Origin: an uncultured delta proteobacterium | GTDB lineage: Bacteria > Myxococcota_A > Polyangia > Fen-1088 | Length of the DNA: 64,000 nucleotides | Assembly: GCA_963796685.1 (NCBI GenBank) | Contig: CAWCMR010000013.1 | Location: 160,001 to 224,000, forward strand | Direction: 5' to 3' | In this document: positions 1 to 9,911 of the stretch, piece by piece | Layout: the number at the start of each line of letters is the position of its first letter | Position numbering within the stretch: the first letter of the stretch is position 1 | The notes under the pieces: generated by a model | What the model was told of the DNA's origin: nothing | Databases searched by the model: none | What the model saw: the letters and a program-made list of their open reading frames with translations, nothing else | Position numbers and translations under genes: made by a program

Positions 1-3000
1 CGGATAACCGGAGGCAAAGGTGACGCGATAGTCGTCCAGGCTGCTCGTCCTGTTGAGGAAGAAGGCGGGAAGGGAGATGGTGTTGCCGAGCGCGTTGCCG
101 TAGGCGGAGGCACTGGCTCCATATCCGGTGTGCCACTGTACGGTGACAGGTGGGTCTGCGACGCCGGTGGGGCTGAATGGCGCCGACACGTCGAGCATGA
201 AGGTGTTGGCGCCCCCATAGCCCTCGGGCATGATGAGCAGGGTCTTCCACACGGCGTTGGCAGCATCGCTGCAGTTCGTTACACACAGGGTCTTTGCCTT
301 GGGTGAGTCTGCGAGGCCGAAAATGTGACTGTATGGGTCGGGTTTTTGTCCGCCCTGCGAGTACTGTTGGCGCACGATGGGCATCATGTCCGGTGGCAGA
401 AAAGCGAAGGCTTCGCTCCCGGCCTGGTACAGCGTCGACCCGATGGTCGTGTCTTGCAGGAAGAACGCATGCAGGAGTCCGTCCGACGAACCCACATAGA
501 TGAGGTGGGGGCGATTCTCGTATTTCAAGAAGTACTCATGTCCACCGGGTTCCGGCACGTCGCCCGGGCTCGCGATGTCGATGGGCGTCGAGTTGATGAT
601 TGCCCCCAGGATGGACGGATTCTTGTAGGTTGGATCGCCTAGCAACCAGCGTGCGACGGATTCGGCCTCGATGTCCGACGCACCGAGGCCCATGGCGGCC
701 AGCGTGGTCTTGTTGGTCACGGCATGGGTCGTGGGATCCACCGCGATCTTCACCATGTTTGTGCCATCCCACGTGTAGATCTTGCGCTGCCACCAATTCA
801 TGGCCGTGAGCTTCTGGTAGGCGTCCCAAGACAGGACTGGCGAGGCGCCACTCAAATCGTAGGCCAAGAGATGGCCTTTCCATTCCGGAAAGTCCATACG
901 CGAGTCGAGGGCATACTTGCCTTCGGCGACCGTGGTGGCCTGTTGCGTACCGGCCGAGGTGCTGGTGGGCGCGGTCGAGTAGCTGCCCTTGACCGCGTTG
1001 TAGATCACAAGCTGCAGGGCGGTGTTGAGGTCGTTCTCATTCTGGGCGAGGTAGGCGAAGGGGGCGACGCCGTCGTTGCCGGCATCCGTCCCCCCCGCCC
1101 GTGCGATATTGTCGTTGGTGGTCTTCGCCGTTCCCGAGCTGGTGTCGCCCGAAAAGCCCACCACGAAGGTCTTGACGCCGAGGTTTTGGCGCAGGTTGTA
1201 CGCGGCCAGGACCGCCCGGCAGGTACAACCTGCGGCGGCCGGATTCGTGGCCGCGCAGCCCGACGCGGAGCAGTTGCCGTCTCCTGGGCCATTGGCTTCG
1301 CCATCGGTGATGAGCAGAACATAGTTGTCGCGGCAAGCGAGGTGATCCTGCGGGACTCCCGCGCTCGAGTTGCCATTCTTCACCGCGTTCATGTAATCGT
1401 AGGCACTGGTGTTGATGGTTGGGGCCTTATCGTTCTGCAGCGTGCACCCGGTTGGCGTGCCCCAGTAGAAGATCAACCCGCCGTTGGCGGCTGGGGCCAT
1501 CGCTTGCGTGATGGCGGCGGCTGCAGTCTGCGAAACCGTCAGGTCGTCCGTCGTGCTGAGAAATGGAGCGAGCTGCGCATCCCAGCGCCCGCCACAGTCC
1601 GCGTCGCACGTGTTGCCACAGCCTGGAAAATCGAGTGGAGGTGCTTTGCCGCCGTTGTAGTAGTTGTTGAGCGGCTGGTAGTAACTGTAGTTCTTTCCGC
1701 CCACCGTGATGTTCTGCCCGCCATAGGTGGGTTGCGTGATCATGGTCGTCGAGTTGCTGCCGACGGTGCCCGTGTACTGATAGTAGGCGCCTTCGAATTG
1801 TCCCAACCCCACGGCGCCGGGCATGTCGCAGGTGCTTCCGCACCAATTGGCGTCGACTTCGATCCATGCGTTGGAATTGGAGCGTACGCGGTAGCGGCTG
1901 TTCGTCGAATCCTGCAGGGTCATGCTGATGCCGTTGAACGTACAGGCTTGAGCAGGTCCCGTGGCCTTGTCGAAGCAGTGCGCGGAGACGATCTTGTCTC
2001 CGGATTCGTAGACCGTGATGACCCCGGTGGAGCCCGATGTGCTCAGGTAGTAGGGGAAGTAGCCATTCTGGTAATAGGTCATCAGGCCAAAGTTCAAGAG
2101 CTTGTAGTTGTTGTTCACGACCCCACTGATCGCACGCTTGGCGATGACTGCGCGCGAGGTCGCCGGCCCACAGGCATCTCCGGCGGAGGTGCAGTCCGAG
2201 TCCTTCTTGCACACGGTCTGCGCAATCAGACACATGCGGATGGGGCCTGGCGTACCGTTGCTGCTTGGAACACAGGTGTCCGTGCTGCTCACGGGAAGGA
2301 CGCAAGGATTGGGTGGCGGGATGACGCAGATGTTCGTCGGCGCGCTACAGGTGTTCGTCACCGCCGTGCAGCTGTTGTCGGTCTTGGTCACGCACGTGTC
2401 TTGCGCCAGGTTGCAGATGTTGGCGGTGCCGTTGCACGTCTGGGCTGCGAAGACACAGGTTTGTGGACTGGAACACTTCATATAGCTGTTGTTGCACTTG
2501 TTGCCATTGCCGGAACAGGTACCGTAGGACGGTACAGGGCAGTCGGTGTCGATGCGGCAAGTTTCGCCTGTGGCGCTGCAGGTCATGTAGCTGGGGCAAT
2601 CGGTGCTTCCGGTGCAGCCATTCCTCGGGGTGCCCCCCAAACTACAGGTTCCGGTGGTCGCCGCCGGCGGGCAATCCGATGGCGATGAACAGGGCGTGGA
2701 GGTCGAGTGAGCGCACACATTGGCAGTCGGGCAGTTTCCGCCCGGGTTGGTGCAGGACATTTGGTTGTTGTATTTGCACTGTCCCAGCGAGGGACATGGG
2801 GTGTGGTCGTCGCAGGCCACGCCGGTGGTCGAGCAGCGGCTGGATTGTGACGGGCAATCCGAGTCCTTCGAGCAGTTGGTCTTGGAAGAAGCGCAAATCG
2901 TGTCGAGCGATGTCTGGGTACCGGTTCCGCTCTGGGTGTCGGTAGCCGTTTGGGTTCTGGTCGAGGTCTGGGTCCTGGTCGAGGTTTGGGTGCCGGTCGA

Positions 3001-4038
3001 GGTCTGGGTGGCAGTGGAAGTCTTGGTGGAGGTCGAGGTCTGGGCGCCCGAGAAGGTCCAGGTCTCGATGCGCGTGCCGGTGGCCGTGCCTGACTTGGTG
3101 GCAGTGGCGGGGACGATGTTCCACCAGACCAAGGAGTTGGTGGTCGTCCGAGCACGACTGGGCATGTAGACCGTGGCAATCCCGGTGGAGATGGCCGTGC
3201 CACTGACGGTCCCGGTCGCGGCGGAGAAGGTTTTCGTAACCGAGCCATTGTAGGTGGCGGTCACGTTGCTGGTGGCGATGGCACTCGCCCCGCCTGCGAT
3301 GTAGTCGGTCGTGGTGTATGTGTTCGTATACCACTCGGTATCCTCGGTATCGGAGGCCGTGTTCGTGCTGGTGATGGTGCCTGTGAGCGTCACGGTCGCT
3401 GTGGCCGTCGCTCTTTGAGTCGACGTGCCGGTATTGGTCACCGTCTGGGTGTTGGTCACGGTTTGGGTGTTGGTTACGGTCTGGGTGTTGGTCAGGGTCT
3501 GGGTGTCGGTCACGGTCTGCGTGTTGCTGATGGTCTGCGTACTCGTCGTGGTCTGCGTATTGGTCGTGGTCTGCGTGCAGCTCATGATGGGGACGGAGCA
3601 GACGCCGGGATCCTGCGGACAATCGTTGATGGACGCGCACTGGGTGGCACCATCCTCCTGGCAATAACCGTGGCGGCAGTCGTCATCCGATTGACAAGTT
3701 CTGCCCCACGCCTTGCACACCCCGAGCACCCCTCCGTTGCGGCAGTTGGAACCATTGTCGCAGTCCACCCCCACCTCGGTCGAGTTGGCGAACTGACCGC
3801 CGGGCACGCCGGTCATCGACCCGGAAGTGTCGAGCACGATGAGCATGTTGGCCTTGTGCAGTTGCCGCTCGATCACGACCAACGGGTTCACGCGGGCGAA
3901 GGAAGGGCGCGACGCCATGCAAGACCAGCTCACCAGCGCGACCACCATGGACGCAGCTGACAGGCGAGGTCGGCGCACCCCACGCAGCGTGCGTCTGCCG
4001 ACCCTGTTGCCTTGAGACTGTTTCACCCTTGTGTTCAT
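1..4038 (-). CDS. pilY1: PilY1-like type IV pilus adhesin with vWA domain and Cys-/Thr-rich insertion (3' end beyond window edge)
   Basis: Open frame from ATG 4038 to position 1, absent from the ORF track because its stop is outside the window. Signal-like N-terminus, MIDAS NMLIVLDTSGSM, later GTPTG and NYVLLITDGE, VKTFVVGF, then PilY1 propeller motifs LGAIINSTP, IYVGSSDGLLHAF and EAFAFLP. Confidence 0.8.
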   Translation of the reverse strand, partial: MNTRVKQSQGNRVGRRTLRGVRRPRLSAASMVVALVSWSCMASRPSFARVNPLVVIERQLHKANMLIVLDTSGSMTGVPGGQFANSTEVGVDCDNGSNCRNGGVLGVCKAWGRTCQSDDDCRHGYCQEDGATQCASINDCPQDPGVCSVPIMSCTQTTTNTQTTTSTQTISNTQTVTDTQTLTNTQTVTNTQTVTNTQTVTNTGTSTQRATATATVTLTGTITSTNTASDTEDTEWYTNTYTTTDYIAGGASAIATSNVTATYNGSVTKTFSAATGTVSGTAISTGIATVYMPSRARTTTNSLVWWNIVPATATKSGTATGTRIETWTFSGAQTSTSTKTSTATQTSTGTQTSTRTQTSTRTQTATDTQSGTGTQTSLDTICASSKTNCSKDSDCPSQSSRCSTTGVACDDHTPCPSLGQCKYNNQMSCTNPGGNCPTANVCAHSTSTPCSSPSDCPPAATTGTCSLGGTPRNGCTGSTDCPSYMTCSATGETCRIDTDCPVPSYGTCSGNGNKCNNSYMKCSSPQTCVFAAQTCNGTANICNLAQDTCVTKTDNSCTAVTNTCSAPTNICVIPPPNPCVLPVSSTDTCVPSSNGTPGPIRMCLIAQTVCKKDSDCTSAGDACGPATSRAVIAKRAISGVVNNNYKLLNFGLMTYYQNGYFPYYLSTSGSTGVITVYESGDKIVSAHCFDKATGPAQACTFNGISMTLQDSTNSRYRVRSNSNAWIEVDANWCGSTCDMPGAVGLGQFEGAYYQYTGTVGSNSTTMITQPTYGGQNITVGGKNYSYYQPLNNYYNGGKAPPLDFPGCGNTCDADCGGRWDAQLAPFLSTTDDLTVSQTAAAAITQAMAPAANGGLIFYWGTPTGCTLQNDKAPTINTSAYDYMNAVKNGNSSAGVPQDHLACRDNYVLLITDGEANGPGDGNCSASGCAATNPAAAGCTCRAVLAAYNLRQNLGVKTFVVGFSGDTSSGTAKTTNDNIARAGGTDAGNDGVAPFAYLAQNENDLNTALQLVIYNAVKGSYSTAPTSTSAGTQQATTVAEGKYALDSRMDFPEWKGHLLAYDLSGASPVLSWDAYQKLTAMNWWQRKIYTWDGTNMVKIAVDPTTHAVTNKTTLAAMGLGASDIEAESVARWLLGDPTYKNPSILGAIINSTPIDIASPGDVPEPGGHEYFLKYENRPHLIYVGSSDGLLHAFFLQDTTIGSTLYQAGSEAFAFLPPDMMPIVRQQYSQGGQKPDPYSHIFGLADSPKAKTLCVTNCSDAANAVWKTLLIMPEGYGGANTFMLDVSAPFSPTGVADPPVTVQWHTGYGASASAYGNALGNTISLPAFFLNRTSSLDDYRVTFASGYP
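2905..3580 (-). repeat. Two in-frame Thr-rich hexapeptide repeat tracts (TQTVTN-type ~3425-3580; TQTSTx-type ~2905-3045)
   Basis: 18-bp periodic repeats such as GGTCACGGTTTGGGTGTT and GGTCGAGGTCTGGGT on the + strand. Confidence 0.85.
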
Positions 4039-4105
4039 CGACCGAAACCCGCTTCTCATTGACGGCTTCGCCCGCTCGCTAAACCGGCTACTTTCTGCAA
4101 CCTGC

Positions 4106-4170
4106 GATGAATAGTTTACACTATATAATATGTATTCTATATTACAATATAATGAGTACTATAAAGTCAT
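4106..4170. promoter_or_regulatory. AT-rich promoter/regulatory region upstream of the pilY1-like gene
   Basis: About 65 bp at ~80% AT with several TATAAT-like words, ~70 bp upstream of ATG 4038. Confidence 0.5.
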
Positions 4171-4283
4171 GCCGGGAAATCGCGGCCTTGGCGAAGGGGA
4201 CCCGGACGGTTCCAGGCCCCACGGGTCTATCCAAGCAACCTTCGCGCCAAGCAACCTTCGCGCCCAGCTCGGCGCGGGCCGGG

Positions 4284-4829
4284 CTACGCCTTGTGAGGCT
4301 TGGTTTCCAGCGAGGTCTCGACCAGGCGAATCTCGACCATGAGATCGCTGGCCAGGCGTTCGAGAGCGGTGCGCAGGGTAGGGAGGTCGGCGTTGCTCGG
4401 CAGGCGCACGCGCGCCTTGGCCTGGAAGAGCATCTCGCCCGACATCGGAGCGCTGGTGCGATCGGTGGACAGCTCCTCCACATTGGCGCCGCTATTGGCC
4501 AGAAGCTGCGAGATCTCGCGCACGATGCCCGGCCGATCGAGCCCGACCAGCTCGAGGGCGAGGGCGCGTCCGGACGTTGTCCCGCCAGTCTCGCCGCTCG
4601 GCTCGCCCACCACCTTGAGGCCGCGAGCGTCGAGATCGGCCAGGGCGGCCTGAAGCGACGCCGCCTTGTTGCTCGGGACCTCGATGCGTAGGATGCCGGC
4701 GAACTTCCCCGCCAGCCGGGCCATGCGGCTTTCGAGCCAGTTGCCTTCGTGCGCGGCGACGACGGCGGCCACGGCCTCGACCAGGCCGGGGCGATCGGGG
4801 CCGATCAGGGTCAGAACCAAGTCAGTCAT
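4284..4829 (-). CDS. gcvR: Glycine cleavage system regulator GcvR-like protein (tandem ACT domains)
   Basis: LVLTLIGPDRPGLV...GNWLESRMARLAGKFAGIL and second ACT LELVGLDRPGIVREIS. Confidence 0.85.
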   Translation of the reverse strand: MTDLVLTLIGPDRPGLVEAVAAVVAAHEGNWLESRMARLAGKFAGILRIEVPSNKAASLQAALADLDARGLKVVGEPSGETGGTTSGRALALELVGLDRPGIVREISQLLANSGANVEELSTDRTSAPMSGEMLFQAKARVRLPSNADLPTLRTALERLASDLMVEIRLVETSLETKPHKA

Positions 4830-4839
4830 GGCCATGGTC

Positions 4840-5316
4840 TCAGACACGCAAGTGGAGGGGATAGTTCTTCTCGATGGATTCGCTGCAGGCGTCGGTGACG
4901 AGCTGCCAGATGTTGCGCATCTGCGCCTCGATCACGCTGCCCTCGTCGATTTCCTCGGCGTCCTCGTCCTCGTCCTCGTCTTCGTCCTCGAATTCCTCGT
5001 CCTCGATAGCCAGCTCTTCTTTCATTTCTTCGAGTGTCTCCTGCAAGGCGTAGGCGGATGCCACCCGAAACTCGCCCACCGTCAGGGGGCCCTCGAATTC
5101 CAGTGGCAAGTAGATGTCTGCGGCCACATCGTGGGCGTCGAGCCTGTCGAGAAACTCCGTCATGGCTTCCTCGCTGAGGCGTTTGGCGAAGGTGTGCGTG
5201 GTGTGGTCATCCTGGGCCGGCAGCTTGGCGCCAGCTTGCTCGAGCAGCCGCCCAAGCGACTTCACTTCTTCATCGTCCAGTCGATCCGAGAGCGGGGCGA
5301 GTTCGATTGCCGACAT
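4840..5316 (-). CDS. Acidic hypothetical protein
   Basis: MSAIELAPLSDRLDDE... with a D/E tract; coding-like composition. Confidence 0.65.
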   Translation of the reverse strand: MSAIELAPLSDRLDDEEVKSLGRLLEQAGAKLPAQDDHTTHTFAKRLSEEAMTEFLDRLDAHDVAADIYLPLEFEGPLTVGEFRVASAYALQETLEEMKEELAIEDEEFEDEDEDEDEDAEEIDEGSVIEAQMRNIWQLVTDACSESIEKNYPLHLRV

Positions 5317-5441
5317 GACCCATACGGTGCCGCAGCCCGGGCGCGCCGTCAACGTTGCGCGGTCTTTTTCTCCCCGCAATGGCAACGTGGTCGCCGGATT
5401 CGACATCTCATGCCTGACCAGGTATGGATGCCAGAGCGCAA

Positions 5442-8135
5442 ATGACAACGAGCTCAGGACCGGACGCGGCTTGGATACTATCACGCATGCAGTCGGCTCG
5501 CGACGCGGCCAGGCGTGGGCTTGACGAGGGCAAATCCGGGCTCGAAATCGTGGGCACCCTGACCGCGGCCGTCGAGGCCGCGATCCGTGAGGTTCTTGCC
5601 CACCATATCTTCCAGGCCGACATCGGTCCTGCCTCGGGCGTGGCGGTTCTGGCCACCGGGAGCTTCGGCCGTCGCGAGCTTGCGCCTTATTCGGACCTGG
5701 ACCTGCTCTTCTTGTGCGAGAAAGCCCCCGACAGCAAGATGGAGGCCCTGGCGCGTTCCATCCTGCTGCCGCTTTGGGATGCCAAGGTCGACGCCGGCCA
5801 TGCCGTGCGCTCCGTGGCCGATGGTCTGGGCTTGCCCGACAAGGATCTGGCCGCCGCGACGGCGTTGCTCGATGCCCGCTTCCTGGTCGGCGACGAGAGC
5901 CTTGCCCTCGACTTTCTTTCCCGCTACCAGGCTCGCGTGGCGGGGTCCAGGCCGGACGGTCTGGTGGCGCGTCTGCGCGAGGAACAAGAGTCGCGGCACT
6001 CGCGCTTCGGCGACACGATCTTCATGCTCGAACCCGACCTCAAGAGCGGGCCGGGCGGCATTCGCGATCTGTGCGTCGGACGATGGGCGGCTCAGGCACG
6101 TTTTCACGCGTCTACCCCCGCCCGACTGGAGCAGCTCGGCGAAATGTCGAGTCGCCAGGCCGAGGCCTGGGCGCAGGCCATCGACTTCATCTCGAAGTTG
6201 CGCCTGGCCTTGCACCTCGTCGCGGGGCGGAGACAGGACCAGTTGCGCTTCGACCTGCAGGAGCGGATAGCGCCCCTCTTCCATGCCGAGGGCACTTGGG
6301 CGGACGACGACAGTCGGCCGGCTGTGACCCCGGCGGTCGAGGCGTTGATGCACGACTTTCAAACCCACGCGCGGACCATCGCGCGCACCACCGAACGCCT
6401 CATGCAACGCGTGTGCGCCCAGCCCAACGAGCGTTTGGCGACTCGCCCGGTGGTGCTCTCCAAGAGCGCCCCGGGCGATCCCAGCTTCGTCCGGCGCAAG
6501 GGCAAGCTCGAAGTAAAGAGTAGCTTGATATTCGAGAAGCAGCCTTCTGAAATGATTAGGCTATTCGGCGTATCTCAGCAGGTCGATATGGGTGTCGGAC
6601 TGGCCACCTTGGACCTGATCTCCGAGCTGGCGGCAAGCCATGCCCAGGCCCTGCGCGAGGATCCGCAATCGGCCAAGCATTTCCTCGAGGTGCTGACCAA
6701 CGTGAAGGACGCCGGCACCCCCTCGCGCCTGGAGCAGATGCACGACCACGGGCTGCTCTCGGCGCTGCTGCCCGAGTGGGGACCGGTATCGGGGCGCGTG
6801 CAGCACGACATCTACCACGTGTACACGGTGGACCAGCACTCGCTCTACGCGGTGGCCACCCTGAAAGCCGTCGCGCGGGGAGAGCTTCAGAAGGACTATC
6901 CGGAGGTCTGCGAGGCGTATCCCGATGTGGTTCGGACCCGGGCGCTGTTCGTCGGCCTGCTTCTTCACGACGTGGGCAAGCCCCTGGGCTCGAACCACGC
7001 CGAGAAGGGGGCGACGATGTCCAAGCGAATCGCTGCCCAGCTGGGGCTTTCGCCCGAGGACGTCGACCTGGTCGAGTTCCTGGTCCGGGCGCACCTCGAA
7101 ATGGGGCACAACTCACAGCGGCGCGATCTGCAGGATCCGAGCTTGCTTGATTTCTTCGCTCGCACCTGTGGCGATGAAGAGAGACTGCGTCAGCTCTTCA
7201 TCTTGACCTTCTGCGATCTGACCTCGACCGGGCCGAAGACCATGACACGGTGGAAGTACGAGCTCCTGTACGAGCTCTTCGACCGCACGCTCAAGTACAT
7301 GCGCCGCGGCCCCGATCTGCTGGCCGCCGAACGCGCCGAGCTGGTGGAAGAGCGCCAGCGCCAGGCGGCGGCGCTGCTCGAGGAAGATTCGCACTCCGCG
7401 TCAGCCGTGGTGGCCTTCACCGGTTTGCCCGACCGCTATTTCGCCGAGCAGGAGGCTGACAAGATCGCCGACCACGTGCGCCTCATGCGCGGTCGAAAAT
7501 CGTGCTGCGCCTTGGAGGTCTCCCATTCCGAGCGTGGAACCTTTTCGGAATTGGTCTTGGCCGCCGATGACGTGCCCGGGCTTCTGGCCAAGGTTGCGGG
7601 CGTGCTCTACGCCAACCGCATCGATATCTTGGATGCAGCCATCTACTCGCGCGAGCCGGTCTTCCCCCTGCGCAAGCAGGGTGAGGCGCTCGACGTCTTC
7701 CGCATCCGCAAGGAGCCGGACGGCGCTCTGACCGACGAGAGCCGCATCGCGGGCATTCGGCGAGACCTGGAGGAGGTTCTGTCCGGGCGTGTTACGGTGG
7801 AATCGCTGGTGGCCAGGCGGCCGCCTCCGTCCTCGCTCTACCAACGGGCCAAGCCCAAGGTTCCGCCCACGCAGGTCAACGTCGACAACGATTCGAGCCG
7901 GACGTTCACCGTGGTCGAGGTCTTCACCGAGGACAAGCCGGGCGTGCTCTACACCATCACGCACACCCTGGCCGTGCAGGGGCTGGACATTCACCGCTCG
8001 CGTGTCGGGGTCGCCGCCGACCGGGTGGCCGACATCTTCTACGTGCGCGACACGGCCTCGGGCGAGAAGATCGAGGACGAAGAGCGTATCGAAGCCATCT
8101 CCGACGCGCTCAAGCTGGCGCTGAAGGCTAGCTAG
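5442..8135 (+). CDS. glnD: [Protein-PII] uridylyltransferase/uridylyl-removing enzyme
   Basis: NTase motif ATGSFGRRELAPYSDLDLLF, LEPDLKSGPGGIRD, HD domain YHVYTVDQH...LLHDVGK, two C-terminal ACT domains. Confidence 0.95.
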   Translation: MTTSSGPDAAWILSRMQSARDAARRGLDEGKSGLEIVGTLTAAVEAAIREVLAHHIFQADIGPASGVAVLATGSFGRRELAPYSDLDLLFLCEKAPDSKMEALARSILLPLWDAKVDAGHAVRSVADGLGLPDKDLAAATALLDARFLVGDESLALDFLSRYQARVAGSRPDGLVARLREEQESRHSRFGDTIFMLEPDLKSGPGGIRDLCVGRWAAQARFHASTPARLEQLGEMSSRQAEAWAQAIDFISKLRLALHLVAGRRQDQLRFDLQERIAPLFHAEGTWADDDSRPAVTPAVEALMHDFQTHARTIARTTERLMQRVCAQPNERLATRPVVLSKSAPGDPSFVRRKGKLEVKSSLIFEKQPSEMIRLFGVSQQVDMGVGLATLDLISELAASHAQALREDPQSAKHFLEVLTNVKDAGTPSRLEQMHDHGLLSALLPEWGPVSGRVQHDIYHVYTVDQHSLYAVATLKAVARGELQKDYPEVCEAYPDVVRTRALFVGLLLHDVGKPLGSNHAEKGATMSKRIAAQLGLSPEDVDLVEFLVRAHLEMGHNSQRRDLQDPSLLDFFARTCGDEERLRQLFILTFCDLTSTGPKTMTRWKYELLYELFDRTLKYMRRGPDLLAAERAELVEERQRQAAALLEEDSHSASAVVAFTGLPDRYFAEQEADKIADHVRLMRGRKSCCALEVSHSERGTFSELVLAADDVPGLLAKVAGVLYANRIDILDAAIYSREPVFPLRKQGEALDVFRIRKEPDGALTDESRIAGIRRDLEEVLSGRVTVESLVARRPPPSSLYQRAKPKVPPTQVNVDNDSSRTFTVVEVFTEDKPGVLYTITHTLAVQGLDIHRSRVGVAADRVADIFYVRDTASGEKIEDEERIEAISDALKLALKAS

Positions 8136-8230
8136 ACCGAAGCTGACTTTCGCGTGCTTCGATTCCCGCGTCATGCTTGCCCCGTCGGTAGGACTTGACG
8201 GGGCGAGCGTGTCCATCGGAACCTCATGCC

Positions 8231-9343
8231 ATGCTGGCTATTCAAGGGGTTTGCCAAGTCGTTCTCGCTTTTCTTCTTGCCGTAGGGGCTGCCCCCGGCG
8301 GCGGCGCCAAGCGTGGCGCGACCGAGCTTGAGCGCGGGCAAGCACTGTTCAAGGCCGGCGATCTCACGGGCGCCTTGCAAGCCTTCGACAACGCGGCCAA
8401 GGCCGACGTGAAGGATCCACGCGCGCCCTATCTGCGCGGCGTGGTCCTCGAAAAGAAGAACGACGTGGCGGGCGCCGAAAAGGCGTATCGCGAGGCCATT
8501 GCCCGCGACGGACACTTCGCCCCGGCTCACAACAACCTGGGTGCCATCTTGCTCGGCAAGAACGAGCTTCCCGCCGCGGAGAAGGAGCTCCTGGCTGCGA
8601 CGGCCAGCGATCCTAGGAACGCCGGCGCCGCGTTCAACCTGGGGCTTCTGCGCGAGGCCGAGAAGCAGCCCCGCGAAGCCGCGACCGCGTATCGCAAGGC
8701 CTTGCAGCTCAACCCCAACGATGGCACCTGCCACGCCAATCTGTGTTCCGTCCTGCGCAAGGTGGGCGACGTGGATGGCGCCATCGCCGAGTGTCGCCAG
8801 GCCGCTCGCCTCATGCCGGAGAGCGCGGTGGTGCTGACCAACCTGGGGCTGTTGCTGTCCGACAAGAAACAGCTCGACGAGGCACGGGAACAGTTGCGCC
8901 TGGCCACGCAGAAGGACGCCAAGTTCGCGCCGGCGTGGACTGGCCTTGGCCGGGTGGAGATGCGGCGCAAGCAGGCCGCGGCAGCCGTGGAGGCGTTGAC
9001 CAAAGCGGCCAAGCTCGAGCCCAAGGATGGCGGCGTGGCGGCCGACCTTTGCCGAGCGCTGGTCCAGAAGGACATGCGCGCCCGACTCGCCGAGGAGGAA
9101 TGCCGGCGGGCCGTTACCCTAGATGCGAAGAACGGACTGGCCCACTACGAGCTGGTCAAGATCCTCGTCGCTCGCGGTGACTGCAAAGGAGCCAAGGCCG
9201 AGGTGAGCAAGCTGGGGACGATCGACCTGGCGAAGGGGCAGGCCCAGGCCCAAGCCGAGGAGATCCTCAAGACCTGTGTGCCCGGCAAAGCCGTCAAGCC
9301 CGCAGCCGGTGCCAAGGGGGGCGAGCGACGAAAATTGAATTAA
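8231..9343 (+). CDS. Exported tetratricopeptide-repeat protein
   Basis: Signal peptide followed by repeated TPR motifs (AHNNLGAIL, AAFNLGLL, VLTNLGLLL, AWTGLGRV). Confidence 0.85.
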   Translation: MLAIQGVCQVVLAFLLAVGAAPGGGAKRGATELERGQALFKAGDLTGALQAFDNAAKADVKDPRAPYLRGVVLEKKNDVAGAEKAYREAIARDGHFAPAHNNLGAILLGKNELPAAEKELLAATASDPRNAGAAFNLGLLREAEKQPREAATAYRKALQLNPNDGTCHANLCSVLRKVGDVDGAIAECRQAARLMPESAVVLTNLGLLLSDKKQLDEAREQLRLATQKDAKFAPAWTGLGRVEMRRKQAAAAVEALTKAAKLEPKDGGVAADLCRALVQKDMRARLAEEECRRAVTLDAKNGLAHYELVKILVARGDCKGAKAEVSKLGTIDLAKGQAQAQAEEILKTCVPGKAVKPAAGAKGGERRKLN

Positions 9344-9383
9344 AACCTTAACGTTAAAGCTTGTTAGCAAGACATTGTTCTAA

Positions 9384-9908
9384 TTGAGTAAATCGTTTGA
9401 GATCTTCGTCGTGAGTTTTCGTCGCATCGTCACCGTAGCGGCGGCGTTTCTCGTGCTGATCGCGAACCCGGGTTGCCGTCGGCAGGTGCCGGTCAAGCAG
9501 CCGTTGTCGATCAGCCACAAGCGGCACATGGAAGCGGATATGAAGTGCGTGAGCTGTCATCCGGGCGCCGAGGATCAGGCGGTGGCCGGCTTTCCCGTCG
9601 TGGCGGACTGCATGGACTGCCACGACAAGGCGCGCGGGAACAGCCCCGACGAACCGAAGGTGCGGGACTACGCCAAGCGGGGCCAGGAGATCCCCTGGGT
9701 GCGCGTCGACAAGCTGCCGGGCCACGTCTATTTTTCGCACGCCGCCCACGTGACCCTGGCCAAGATGAAGTGCGAGGATTGCCACGCGGGCATCTTGTCG
9801 GCTACGCAATCGCTGACCTTGCCCGACGTTCACCAGACCATGGAAGACTGCATGCGCTGCCACCAAGAGCGCAAAGCCAGCAACCAGTGCAAAACGTGTC
9901 ACAAGTGA
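9384..9908 (+). CDS. Membrane-anchored pentaheme cytochrome c (QrcA/ActA-like)
   Basis: Five CxxCH motifs (CVSCH, CMDCH, CEDCH, CMRCH, CKTCH), QPLSISHKRH and IPWVRV..LPGHVYFSHAAH. Confidence 0.9.
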   Translation: MSKSFEIFVVSFRRIVTVAAAFLVLIANPGCRRQVPVKQPLSISHKRHMEADMKCVSCHPGAEDQAVAGFPVVADCMDCHDKARGNSPDEPKVRDYAKRGQEIPWVRVDKLPGHVYFSHAAHVTLAKMKCEDCHAGILSATQSLTLPDVHQTMEDCMRCHQERKASNQCKTCHK

Positions 9909-9911
9909 GCC

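Noticed and set aside
724-2688. Long + strand ORF (654 aa) and similar long antisense ORFs (14740-16677, 29742-31463, 9354-11162)
   Set aside because: Shadow frames of real genes on the opposite strand, expected in high-GC DNA; no protein motifs.
2905-3580. Periodic repeats as a CRISPR array or DGR template
   Set aside because: In-frame 18-bp coding repeats without unique spacers; no cas or reverse transcriptase gene in the window.
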